Of a stretch of 64,000 bases of DNA, positions 38,103 to 47,486 are shown piece after piece. The notes under the pieces are model-generated. The model had not been told where the DNA came from. It saw nothing but the letters and a program-made list of their open reading frames with translations, and ran no database searches. The position numbers and the translations under genes are program-made. Each line of letters begins with the position of its first letter. The stretch's first letter is position 1. Location of the stretch: positions 77,075 to 141,074 of the forward strand of contig CAZCMP010000005.1 in the NCBI GenBank assembly GCA_964500005.1. Direction: 5' to 3'. The DNA comes from an uncultured Thermococci archaeon. Lineage in GTDB: Archaea > Methanobacteriota_B > Thermococci > Methanofastidiosales > Methanofastidiosaceae.

Positions 38103-38837
38103 TTATCCTGTATACCCAAGTTCCTTAGCCTTTTCATAACACGCCTTTGCTTCTGTAGTTCTCCCAAGTAATTCAAGCGCGATTCCTTTGTAGGCCCAAG
38201 CCTCCGCATCATTTGGGTTTATAGCAATGACCTTATCAAAGCAAGTGATTGCGTCTTGGTATTTTCCTTGGTTCCCAAGTATAATTCCTTTGTTAAACCA
38301 TGGAACTGCATAATTTGGATTTAGGGTGATAGCCTTGTCATAGGATGCAATCGCTTCAGAGTATCTGCCAAGATCATCAAGTGTGTTACCTTTGTAAATC
38401 CAAGCGTCTATGTTATTCGGCTCCATCTCTAAAGCTTTTTCAAATTTTGATAATGCCTCACTATATCTTCCTTGGTTATATAGTGATACGCCTTCATTGT
38501 AGTACTCTACGGCGCTAATTGTACTATCGACTTGTACTGAAGTCTGAGGCTCCTGTGATTCATCCTCATAAGATAAAGATTCAGGAGGATTTGAGAATAA
38601 AAAAAATCCAGCTACTGTCACTAAAACTACAATCCCAATAACTGCGGCCACAATCATCTTTTCATTGCTCTTTTTGGGAACAGGTTTTTCTGTGTAGACT
38701 TTTGTTTCTTCTTCTCTTGGCAAACTAGTCCCTGTTTGAACATTACTTTTAACATCTGCCCCACAGTTTGGACAAAAAGTAGAATCCCTAGGTATTTCTT
38801 CACCGCACACAAGGCAGAATATTTTCTTACCTATCAT
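38103..38837 (-). CDS. zinc-ribbon / TM / TPR-repeat protein (paralog of 20640-21866)
   Basis: It has CLVCGEEIPRDSTFCPNCG, a TM helix and 4-5 TPR repeats. The C-terminus is ELGYTG. Confidence 0.8.
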   Translation of the reverse strand: MIGKKIFCLVCGEEIPRDSTFCPNCGADVKSNVQTGTSLPREEETKVYTEKPVPKKSNEKMIVAAVIGIVVLVTVAGFFLFSNPPESLSYEDESQEPQTSVQVDSTISAVEYYNEGVSLYNQGRYSEALSKFEKALEMEPNNIDAWIYKGNTLDDLGRYSEAIASYDKAITLNPNYAVPWFNKGIILGNQGKYQDAITCFDKVIAINPNDAEAWAYKGIALELLGRTTEAKACYEKAKELGYTG

Positions 38838-38959
38838 AATATCACTAACTTAATTTAAATTACACCCAACTAATTTTACTGAGATTTAGATATATAAGTT
38901 TATGGAAGCATATCTAAATTCTTAAATACAAGTACAGGATTATCTAATCTGGTGAAAAT

Positions 38960-39277
38960 ATGGTACTATACATCACAAGTTGGATGAAACAAAGTAGAGA
39001 TGGAAATTATAAAACTATTAAAAGAATTGTAAATTTGCCAGAAATAGTAGCAAATGATATTATAGATTGTTTTGGGATTACCAATGTCCTCCTAGGCAAA
39101 TCTGAAGGTAGTAACTCAGATAGATTTTATGTTGAATTAATCTCTAAAGATATGTCTATCGAATATAAAAATGATAAAATTACTATTATGAAAAATAGTG
39201 AATCTACTACAGTTTACTCTATGCAAATTGTAAATCCATTCCAAGAAATCGAAGAAGATGATTCAAACGAACAATAA
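38960..39277 (+). CDS. hypothetical protein
   Basis: The 105-aa product has no motifs I recognise. Confidence 0.3.
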   Translation: MVLYITSWMKQSRDGNYKTIKRIVNLPEIVANDIIDCFGITNVLLGKSEGSNSDRFYVELISKDMSIEYKNDKITIMKNSESTTVYSMQIVNPFQEIEEDDSNEQ

Positions 39278-39282
39278 AAATA

Positions 39283-40314
39283 TTATTTAATTACGGCCTT
39301 TCTTACAAAGTCTAATTGGTCTGAGATTGCCTTTTCAAAGTATTCGCCTTTGTAAAGATCATAATGGCCTATTGGATATTTAATGACTGTTACCTTCTCT
39401 TTTAATATCTCAGCAACTCTTTTATGAGAATCCGGGGATACAAGAGTATCCTTCTCGCATATAATCAGTAGTACAGGACATCTAACTTTAGGGGCGGTTT
39501 TTATAGGGTCTGGCCCAGGTGGAATAAGTAAGCTCCTCGCACATAACCTATTGATAAAATAATCAGATTCAGAAAAAATATTTTCATATCCGGCAAATGC
39601 TTCTGGTGCATTCAAAAAGGCTAAAGTTCCAGGTCTCCCAACGATAGGGATATAATGGGGGGAGAGTCCAAACCTCGAACGTCCTTTGTCCCTTTGAGCA
39701 TGTATAAAAAGTTTTAGGAAATAACCTCTTCCTTCTCTTTCAAAAATAATCTTGTCATCTTTGCTATGGTCTAGACTTGGGCACTGGGCTATAACGCCTG
39801 CAATTTTTTCATCTACGGATGCTGAATTGATTCCATACCCCCCTGCCGCAGAGGTGCTCCACAGTACAATCTTATCGCCATTTATTTTTTTATTGCTCCT
39901 CGCATAATTAATAACGGCTTTTAGATCTTCCTGCTGTTTTTTTCCGTGAAATAGTTGCCTTGGCTCGCCTCCACTTTCACCAAAATAACGGTAGTCATAG
40001 GTGATTGCAGCAATTCCATTTTTTGCAAATCGAACGGCATATGGCTCTAACAATACATCCTTTGTTCCCCCAAACCCTGTGCTTAAAATAACACAAGGCA
40101 CAGGTTTCTTTGTATTTAGGGGCATATATACCCACGCACTGATAAATGTATTATCTATATCTATATTAATATCATACCTGGACTTTGGCACGGTTTTTTC
40201 TACTTTTTTCTTCTTAATTACTTCTGGCTCAACTGAAATACCGGGATAAAAGATAACTACGGCCAAGTAACATATAACAATCCCCAAAAGAATCAACAAA
40301 ATTTGTAATAACAT
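39283..40314 (-). CDS. membrane-anchored alpha/beta hydrolase (dienelactone hydrolase/peptidase S9-like)
   Basis: It has an N-terminal TM helix, ILSTGFGG, the nucleophile region WSTSAAGG, and a C-terminal HY. Confidence 0.65.
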   Translation of the reverse strand: MLLQILLILLGIVICYLAVVIFYPGISVEPEVIKKKKVEKTVPKSRYDINIDIDNTFISAWVYMPLNTKKPVPCVILSTGFGGTKDVLLEPYAVRFAKNGIAAITYDYRYFGESGGEPRQLFHGKKQQEDLKAVINYARSNKKINGDKIVLWSTSAAGGYGINSASVDEKIAGVIAQCPSLDHSKDDKIIFEREGRGYFLKLFIHAQRDKGRSRFGLSPHYIPIVGRPGTLAFLNAPEAFAGYENIFSESDYFINRLCARSLLIPPGPDPIKTAPKVRCPVLLIICEKDTLVSPDSHKRVAEILKEKVTVIKYPIGHYDLYKGEYFEKAISDQLDFVRKAVIK

Positions 40315-40390
40315 CTTAATGGGCCTCCAAAATAATAATCAGGTATTTAATATAAGACCTTAACTATTTTTAGACTGGATAAACCTAAAA

Positions 40391-40855
40391 TTAAAATAAT
40401 CTGCCTAGTTCTTCTGAAACTTTTGCAATCTGTTTCTCTTTATCTTTGTTACATATCACAATTTCTGACCTGCAGAACTCCCCACCCTTTGATTCACAGA
40501 TGCCCTTCATTTTTGAAATGGCCTGATTACCACCCGTTCCCTTTAATGGTAGTCCTTTAGTGACAAAGCATGATACTTTTTTACCTTCTAAGGATTTGAG
40601 TTGAGACAAGAAGGCAGTCATGACGGACGAAAGAGAGAATGCGTGAACAGGTGAACCAAAGATCAAAGCATCGTATTTTGATATATCTGGGCCATTAATA
40701 ATCTGTATTTTTTTTATGTCCCGCTCCTTTTCATTTTTCACATCTATCCTCTCAATTTTTACACTGTTTCCTTTTTTGGTAAGGAGCTCTTGAATCTTCT
40801 GAGCCACCTCATAAGTATTCCCGGTTTGAGAATAGACTATTATTCCTATTTTCAT
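40391..40855 (-). CDS. flavodoxin-like protein
   Basis: It has MKIGIIVYSQTGNTYEVAQ and YDALIFGSPVH. Confidence 0.7.
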   Translation of the reverse strand: MKIGIIVYSQTGNTYEVAQKIQELLTKKGNSVKIERIDVKNEKERDIKKIQIINGPDISKYDALIFGSPVHAFSLSSVMTAFLSQLKSLEGKKVSCFVTKGLPLKGTGGNQAISKMKGICESKGGEFCRSEIVICNKDKEKQIAKVSEELGRLF

Positions 40856-40876
40856 ATTTAATCTCCTTAAAAATAA

Positions 40877-41293
40877 CTATAGTGCTAGTCCAGCTTTTTC
40901 ATCTGAAGTCGAGTAGAAAATATCTGTGACTTTGATTAACAGAGCTCCTTTTGCAGGATATCTATCCCCTTTGGCCTTCATCCATTTTCTTGCTTCTTCG
41001 TAAATAGGCCCCTCCGTTAGATATTCACATTTTCCCCTAATTTGATAGGCCTCTTTTTCCCTAATTATTGCTATTGCAACCTTGGGATTTTCAAGAATGT
41101 TCTTTAATGTTTTTTTCATAAAGTTGTCTAATACTATAATTGTTTCGTCGTCCAAAAGGTATTTGCCCCCAATGTATGAGCAGTTCGGCTCCCCCTCCTT
41201 TGAAGCAGTTGCAAGTACGTGAAACCTTTCCTTTTCAAAAATATCCTTAACATTTGTAGGCATTTTCATAATTACACCAAACCTATTTCTCAA
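40877..41293 (-). CDS. pyridoxamine 5'-phosphate oxidase-like FMN-binding split-barrel protein
   Basis: It has FHVLATASKEGEPNCSYIG...IIVLDNFM. The true start is likely MKMPTNV near 41269. Confidence 0.6.
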   Translation of the reverse strand: MRNRFGVIMKMPTNVKDIFEKERFHVLATASKEGEPNCSYIGGKYLLDDETIIVLDNFMKKTLKNILENPKVAIAIIREKEAYQIRGKCEYLTEGPIYEEARKWMKAKGDRYPAKGALLIKVTDIFYSTSDEKAGLAL

Positions 41294-41352
41294 ATATTAT
41301 TTATAAATATCTCTGATGACAGTTCAGTAAAAATAAATTCTTATGTTAATTT

Positions 41353-41622
41353 TCAAGTATTCTTTTTATTTGTCAAATATTCATTTAACGCCTTTCCAAT
41401 TTTATCCCAGAATACGAATGGAATAAAAAGGAATGCAAAGACCCCAACAATTGACCATCCTATAGTCAATCCAACAGCTATAATTATAATTAAAATAGAT
41501 AAGACTTTTTTTAATGTATTTGATTTTTCATCCTTTGGCAAAGTTTCTGCTCCACAGTAAGGGCATGCCTCTAAACTACCTTCCATTAAGCTCCCACAGT
41601 TTGGGCATTTATGGTCTTCCAT
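41353..41622 (-). CDS. zinc-ribbon membrane protein
   Basis: It has CPNCGS...CPYCG followed by two TM helices. Confidence 0.45.
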   Translation of the reverse strand: MEDHKCPNCGSLMEGSLEACPYCGAETLPKDEKSNTLKKVLSILIIIIAVGLTIGWSIVGVFAFLFIPFVFWDKIGKALNEYLTNKKNT

Positions 41623-41694
41623 AAGAATCGTTATATATTAGTTTTTCATATATTTAAAGATATTGAGAAAATTAATAATAAAAAAGAAAAAAAA

Positions 41695-42015
41695 TTAAAA
41701 TTCCTCTATTCGAGATTCGTACTCATCGATCCCATATTTTAGATTTTCTAATAATCTAGCAATAGGAGTATAATCCTCATTCTTGTTCTTATCTCTTTGC
41801 TCGCAAATTAAATTATCACATTTAGCCACATGATTTCTTAACGCTCTTACCTTCTCTCTTTCACTTTCAAAACTTTGTTCATAAATGCTCTGTAAAGAAT
41901 ATATTTCTTTTTTCATTATATCTGCAAATTCCCCTAATCTTCCTTCTCCAAAAGAGGTTACAAATTGATTGAAATCTTCTTTTGCTTTATCTATATCCCT
42001 TTCAAAAGATTCCAT
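41695..42015 (-). CDS. hypothetical coiled-coil protein
   Basis: The 106-aa product is charged and helical. Confidence 0.35.
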   Translation of the reverse strand: MESFERDIDKAKEDFNQFVTSFGEGRLGEFADIMKKEIYSLQSIYEQSFESEREKVRALRNHVAKCDNLICEQRDKNKNEDYTPIARLLENLKYGIDEYESRIEEF

Positions 42016-42210
42016 AACCCCACCTAAATATTTTGTGTGGTTAATCTATTTAGAATAAACTAACCACCATATTATAGGCAGTACAAATATATAGTTTTAA
42101 CTGCAATAGATTCAACATTTAAATGACAATATTAAATAAAATATATATTATGAATATATATTTATTATAAAATCAAAGGTAGCTTATTTATCTCTTTTAG
42201 CAAGATATTA

Positions 42211-42747
42211 ATGGAGATTTGGGTAGGATTATCCTTTAATATAAAACTCATAATTATTCTAAGGGGAAGAAAAATGCCTCAAATATCAAAGGGAGGAAAA
42301 TTTGTATTTGGTTGGTCAATAATAAATCCAAAAGGATACGTAAAAATACCAGAAATTACATTTAACGAATACGGGTTGTCCACAGATGAAAATGTTATAT
42401 TGTTTTCTGGAAGCAAAACGTCAGGAGGTTTTTGTGTATCCAACCGTACATTGATTAATAAATCAATAATTAAAGGTTTATTTGTTGAGCATCCAGAAAT
42501 TAATGATTACTCGTTAAATGAAGGGGATTGTGTAAAATATAAGGGAAGGCTATACTCTTGGTCAAAGATCCATCCAGAGGGCATATTAAGGCTATTTCCT
42601 CATACAATGAAGCTATTCAGTGTGAAACCGGGGGATAAGCTTCTCTCAATTAGAGGTAGTAACATAGCTTTTGTATTGGCGGTAAAAGGACCTATAATCG
42701 AAGCTGCAAATAGATACGGCGGGATAATTGATGAGTACCTCTGTTAG
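42211..42747 (+). CDS. hypothetical protein
   Basis: The ORF is 178 aa. The likely start is the MPQISKGG ATG at 42274. Confidence 0.4.
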   Translation: MEIWVGLSFNIKLIIILRGRKMPQISKGGKFVFGWSIINPKGYVKIPEITFNEYGLSTDENVILFSGSKTSGGFCVSNRTLINKSIIKGLFVEHPEINDYSLNEGDCVKYKGRLYSWSKIHPEGILRLFPHTMKLFSVKPGDKLLSIRGSNIAFVLAVKGPIIEAANRYGGIIDEYLC

Positions 42748-42804
42748 AAATAAAACTAAGTAAATTATATATACTAGCTGGATTATTATTCACAATAGTT
42801 GTAG

Positions 42805-43380
42805 GTGATTTTTTTGAGTAATCTCAAAGCAGAGATGTTTAATAGAAAGGCTTCAAATCCTAAATCCAAGCCTTTTGAAGTAATTGAGATTCTATCAATA
42901 AAAGAAGGAGAAAGTATATTGGACATAGGTTCAGGTGGCGGATTTTTTAGTTTTCTTTTTGCTGAAAAAGTGGGAAAAAGTGGAATGGTATATGCTTCTG
43001 ATATGAAGAAAGATTTTTTAGATTATATTGAAGAAACAAAAACTTCCAGAGGGATTTCAAACATAAAAACAGTTTACATTTCTAGGGAAATCCCTGAAGT
43101 AAGTGAGGGGAGCATAGATCTTATTTTCATGAGAAATGTCTACCATCATTTGAAAAATCGTGCAGAATATTTTTCAGATATAAAAAAGGTGTTAAAGCCT
43201 AAAGGAAGGGTGGCCATAATTGATTATATTGGAAACAGAGGCTTTAGTTTTCATCGAATGATGGGCCATTCGACTAGTAAAGAAATCATGATAGAGGATC
43301 TTGGAAAATCAGGGTTTAAATTGATGAAAGATGCAAATATACTTCCAGAACAGAATTTCCTGATATTTGGATTAAAATAA
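42805..43380 (+). CDS. class I SAM-dependent methyltransferase
   Basis: It has ILDIGSGGGFF and an acidic loop ASDM. Confidence 0.75.
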   Translation: MIFLSNLKAEMFNRKASNPKSKPFEVIEILSIKEGESILDIGSGGGFFSFLFAEKVGKSGMVYASDMKKDFLDYIEETKTSRGISNIKTVYISREIPEVSEGSIDLIFMRNVYHHLKNRAEYFSDIKKVLKPKGRVAIIDYIGNRGFSFHRMMGHSTSKEIMIEDLGKSGFKLMKDANILPEQNFLIFGLK

Positions 43381-43462
43381 CATATTTGAGATAAACAAGG
43401 AAAGGTAAAAACCTATTAATTTATCTGAATAAATATTTAAATATATTTATTAAATTCTAGTT

Positions 43463-43822
43463 GTGTTATCTGATGACGATGAGATTTCTATAAAACATAT
43501 CGGATGCTGCGGTGCATATTGCAAGACATGTCCTGCTTTAATTGACAAAAGTTGCAGAGGCTGTAAACTAGGATATGAAACTAAAGAGAGGGACATCAGT
43601 AAAGCAAAATGTTCGATAAAGGTCTGCTGTATTAATAAAAATTACGAAACTTGTGCAGATTGTAATGAGTATCCTATTTGCGAAATAATTCAGGGATTTT
43701 ATAGTAAGAATGGGTATAAATACAAGAAGTATAGGAAAGCAACAGAATTTATTAGAGAAAATGGGTATGTAAAATTTATCGAAATTGCAGATAAATGGAA
43801 TTATGCCCATGGAAAATATTAA
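43463..43822 (+). CDS. Cys-rich DUF3795-like protein
   Basis: It has GCCGAYCKTCP...CRGCK...CADCNEYPIC and is a paralog of 33884-34288. Confidence 0.45.
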   Translation: MLSDDDEISIKHIGCCGAYCKTCPALIDKSCRGCKLGYETKERDISKAKCSIKVCCINKNYETCADCNEYPICEIIQGFYSKNGYKYKKYRKATEFIRENGYVKFIEIADKWNYAHGKY

Positions 43823-44259
43823 TCTTTTTTAATTTTTGGTTTAGTTATTGGGCTAACAATCCACCACCAGCCACCAGAATACGAACGATTGCCAAATACG
43901 AATTGGCTAAGATTTTTTGCCCATAAATACCATGGGGCGTAACTTAAGAATAATAGTGCAGCAATCCAATCGAATCCTAAATAATTGTATGTGATATTAA
44001 AATCTAAGTCTAGTATCATAAAAGGATTCCACATAAAGTCCTTGCCATTTTGTATATTGGACCAAGGTATTCTAATGAGAATGTTGTCAAAAAAACCTAT
44101 ATATATAAGTATATCAAAAATCATAAAGAATGCTACAACTAAAATCGAATACCAGGCAATAAAGGTTTTGTGTTTAGTCCTTAATTTTTGGTAGAATTTA
44201 TGAGAGAAGAATCCTAAAATCATTATTAATATATAACTGTCCACAAAGCCCATTAGCAT
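43819..44259 (-). CDS. hypothetical integral membrane protein
   Basis: It has four TM helices. Confidence 0.4.
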   Translation of the reverse strand: MLMGFVDSYILIMILGFFSHKFYQKLRTKHKTFIAWYSILVVAFFMIFDILIYIGFFDNILIRIPWSNIQNGKDFMWNPFMILDLDFNITYNYLGFDWIAALLFLSYAPWYLWAKNLSQFVFGNRSYSGGWWWIVSPITKPKIKKD

Positions 44260-45419
44260 TCCTCTGGCTTAATGATTTTATCCAACAAATGAAATTCTTC
44301 TTGATCAAACCACCCTGCGTTTACATACCATTTTATAGTTTGTCTTACTCCTTCAAACGGATTAGCATATTTGAATTGAAAGCCTAGATTTTTGATCTTT
44401 TTATTTGAAAAGTAGTACTGATGATTAATGTATTCTGACATTGCTTCATCTATTTTAGGGCGTAATCCCCATTTTCGAGCTTTTTTATTCTCATTTTTTA
44501 TATAGGCCGATGCGATAGACCCACATAATTTATAGATAGGATACCATATTGGGATAATTGCATAATTAATTCCAAGTTCTTGGTAAATAAATTCGAGGAA
44601 ATCTTCTTGTGTTACATTGTCTCCGCCGACATTGAATACTTCTCCTATAGCTTTGTCATTTTGAGACAAGAATAACGCTGCATTTACAAGATCTTCAACG
44701 TGAACCATTGGCATGACCAATTTATTTTTCTTTGGATATATTATTGGCAAAGGCATTGATCGCATCTTATTAATCATATAAAAAACATGAAACATTCCGT
44801 AAGTTTGATGTGGCCCATAAATCGGCATACTCCTGAGGATAGTATATTCTAATCCTGAACTTTTTGCAAATTCAATTATTATTTTCTCTTGCTCAGTTTT
44901 TGATATAGAGTAGTTATTTAGTGGATTGCAAGGAGTACTCTCATCAGCTTCGAGAATGAATCCATTTTCATTACTATTATATTTTGGTATCCCATATACT
45001 CCACATGTACTCCAATGAATAAATCTTGGATATTTCTCTAAATTTTCATAGGCAGCTTTCATCACTGTGATTAGATTAGATAGGCCTTTGACATTAATAT
45101 TCATAAGTAATTCATAAGATGCAAAATAATCGTACAAACTTGCAGTATGAAATATTACATCATAATTATTGTTACCAAGAGAAAAAAGAGGTTCTAGCGA
45201 TTTTGGATCAGTTAAGTCTGCAGCGATGAATTTAACTTTCGGATGGTCAACTGACCTATTCTTGAAGTTACCATTAAAAATAGTTTCTTTACACATTATA
45301 GATTTTCTTTTAGGGCCGTCAAGGTCAGTTCCTACAACATCCCATCCTTTTTTTACAAGAAGATCAATCATGAACGTGCCAGTATGCCCCAATGCTCCTG
45401 TCACTAACGCTTTTGGCAT
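44253..45419 (-). CDS. NAD-dependent epimerase/dehydratase (extended SDR)
   Basis: It has an N-terminal TGALGHTG Rossmann motif and YxxxK downstream. Confidence 0.75.
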   Translation of the reverse strand: MPKALVTGALGHTGTFMIDLLVKKGWDVVGTDLDGPKRKSIMCKETIFNGNFKNRSVDHPKVKFIAADLTDPKSLEPLFSLGNNNYDVIFHTASLYDYFASYELLMNINVKGLSNLITVMKAAYENLEKYPRFIHWSTCGVYGIPKYNSNENGFILEADESTPCNPLNNYSISKTEQEKIIIEFAKSSGLEYTILRSMPIYGPHQTYGMFHVFYMINKMRSMPLPIIYPKKNKLVMPMVHVEDLVNAALFLSQNDKAIGEVFNVGGDNVTQEDFLEFIYQELGINYAIIPIWYPIYKLCGSIASAYIKNENKKARKWGLRPKIDEAMSEYINHQYYFSNKKIKNLGFQFKYANPFEGVRQTIKWYVNAGWFDQEEFHLLDKIIKPEEC

Positions 45420-45470
45420 CTAATCTATAGATATTATTTTCTTTTTATTTAAGTATTTTGATAATTCGCC

Positions 45471-45854
45471 CTAGTTTAATAACACCAAGAAAAGTCCAAT
45501 TCCAACAATTAAGAAGATCATGCTTAATATTAACAACTTTCTCATCATTTTAAATTGAGCCATGGTCTTGGGTTTACTTAATCCTCCAAAAGAAACGGCC
45601 ATTGAGAGTCCTATCCCTATTCCTGCTGGGATACCCAACGCTAGATTATTGAATGTGACTTGCCCATATATTAATCCCAATGCAACACCTATTACCAACC
45701 ACACTAGCATTGGTTTTGTAAATCCTACTCGTTCTGGGATTAAAGATTCTTTATCCTCTCTTATAGGAATTCGGATAAGGGACAATAAGATATAAACGCC
45801 CATGATTATAACAAACGCACCCACCATCAAAGAAACGTCTTGAATATCTATCAT
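45471..45854 (-). CDS. hypothetical membrane protein
   Basis: It has 3-4 TM helices. Confidence 0.4.
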   Translation of the reverse strand: MIDIQDVSLMVGAFVIIMGVYILLSLIRIPIREDKESLIPERVGFTKPMLVWLVIGVALGLIYGQVTFNNLALGIPAGIGIGLSMAVSFGGLSKPKTMAQFKMMRKLLILSMIFLIVGIGLFLVLLN

Positions 45855-45925
45855 GATAAGGGAATAATATTATTCGTTAAAAAGTTAGTGGTTTAGAAAA
45901 GAGAAAAAAATTAAAAATTAAATTT

Positions 45926-47329
45926 TTAGGGGACAACAAAGTCTATTGTGGCCGTGTCAAACACGCCGCTTGACGAGTATGCGACCATTGTAACCTTGTA
46001 TGTGCCTGAAGGAACGTTTGAACCCAATGTGAATAATGCAGAGTATGTGCCTATATTGTGTGCCTTTAGCTTTTGTGTTGCTGGGGTTGTTTCAACTGTG
46101 ACGCCTTCTGGAAGCCCGTCAAATCTTAACCTTGTGTCGTTTTGTGTGAAGAACCCTCTGTTCTCTACCTGTAGGAATACCTGTTGGCTACCGGGGGACA
46201 TTTCAAATGAGGACAGTATTTTACCATCTTGGATTACTGTTGTGCCTCCTGGGACTGAGAATGTCTCAATGTCGACCTTTGGGTAAAGGATTGTGGCAGG
46301 GAGCGATGGTTTCGGCTTGCAGTCGTAGCAGCACTTTTGTTCAAGTGAAAATTCTAGATAACCGTCTCCTTCGATTGTAATTGTCCTTGGAACGCCTTGA
46401 ATCATAACAACGCCGGGTGTTGGGTCAAAAGGCCTCTCACCATTGTACCAGACAATATAATTTGTACATGTGTATCCATTCAAAGCTGCGCTTACATCTT
46501 GCGTACATGAATCATAAGGTATTCCGTTTATTTTAACTCCGCCTCCATAAATAAGTTTCATGATGACGTACTCGTTGACATCACATTTGTAGTTTGCAGG
46601 CATGTTGTATCCGCTGCAATTTGTTGCACATTCAAGTGAAGGGTTGCTTCCGCATCCTCTCATGTCAAAGCAACACCCCTCTATAATAATAGGTTCAATA
46701 TCATTGAGTATTTGTACTTCCTTATTAATAAAGTCTTCATCACTAGTGTCTGTTTCAAATACCCTCCCACACGGCGGGGGGCTTTGGAAGAATGTTCTGG
46801 AGTCGTTGCATGATGGAACTTTAATAATCAAAGGTGGATTTGTGCCCCCTTTGGGGTCTATCTGTTGTAAAGGGTACTCTATATGTAAAGGTTCTCTGTA
46901 TAAATAACAAGTGGCACTGTCAAAACATCCATCCATACATTCGTCATAGTGCTCAACATCGGCACAAATTTTATTACATGCATCTTCTGGGTAGTATTGA
47001 TTTTCAACTAAATCATTGATACACAGCAGATCCCTTGCATAGCACCCTTTCACATTGCCATCGTATATCTCCATCCAGTAAGGATGGAACCATCTTTTTT
47101 GACACTCAAAGAAAGATCTGATTGAGCAGTCACAGGGGCCATATCCATTTAGGGATTCTAAGTCTAGCTCAGGAGATTCAGAACACCACTTAATACAATC
47201 ATTGAAAAAGCATTCTTGGCATTGCGAAGGTGGTGTGTACCCAAATAAGCATGGATTTTGAGAACTCACAATAGAAACACTGGCTATTCCCATAAGGAAA
47301 ACTATAGTTAAAGCTAATATTTTTTTCAT
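45926..47329 (-). CDS. cysteine-rich secreted protein with C-terminal beta-sandwich domain (paralog B)
   Basis: The signal peptide MKKILALTIVFLMGIAS is identical to paralog A. The conserved C-terminal ~170 aa are shared. The track start at 47338 is GTG. The ATG at 47329 matches the start of paralog A. Confidence 0.75.
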   Translation of the reverse strand: MKKILALTIVFLMGIASVSIVSSQNPCLFGYTPPSQCQECFFNDCIKWCSESPELDLESLNGYGPCDCSIRSFFECQKRWFHPYWMEIYDGNVKGCYARDLLCINDLVENQYYPEDACNKICADVEHYDECMDGCFDSATCYLYREPLHIEYPLQQIDPKGGTNPPLIIKVPSCNDSRTFFQSPPPCGRVFETDTSDEDFINKEVQILNDIEPIIIEGCCFDMRGCGSNPSLECATNCSGYNMPANYKCDVNEYVIMKLIYGGGVKINGIPYDSCTQDVSAALNGYTCTNYIVWYNGERPFDPTPGVVMIQGVPRTITIEGDGYLEFSLEQKCCYDCKPKPSLPATILYPKVDIETFSVPGGTTVIQDGKILSSFEMSPGSQQVFLQVENRGFFTQNDTRLRFDGLPEGVTVETTPATQKLKAHNIGTYSALFTLGSNVPSGTYKVTMVAYSSSGVFDTATIDFVVP

Positions 47330-47486
47330 ATTTTTCACTATCCGGATAGTGACTACTAATGTAGTCTAATTTTACTGAGATTTAGACTATTTATCTCTTT
47401 TGGTATATCTAACAAAATTTTAGGAAGTTAGCGATAGAAAAATTAGATATAATTATAAACTTCAACTGAACGGATAATATGTTAAA

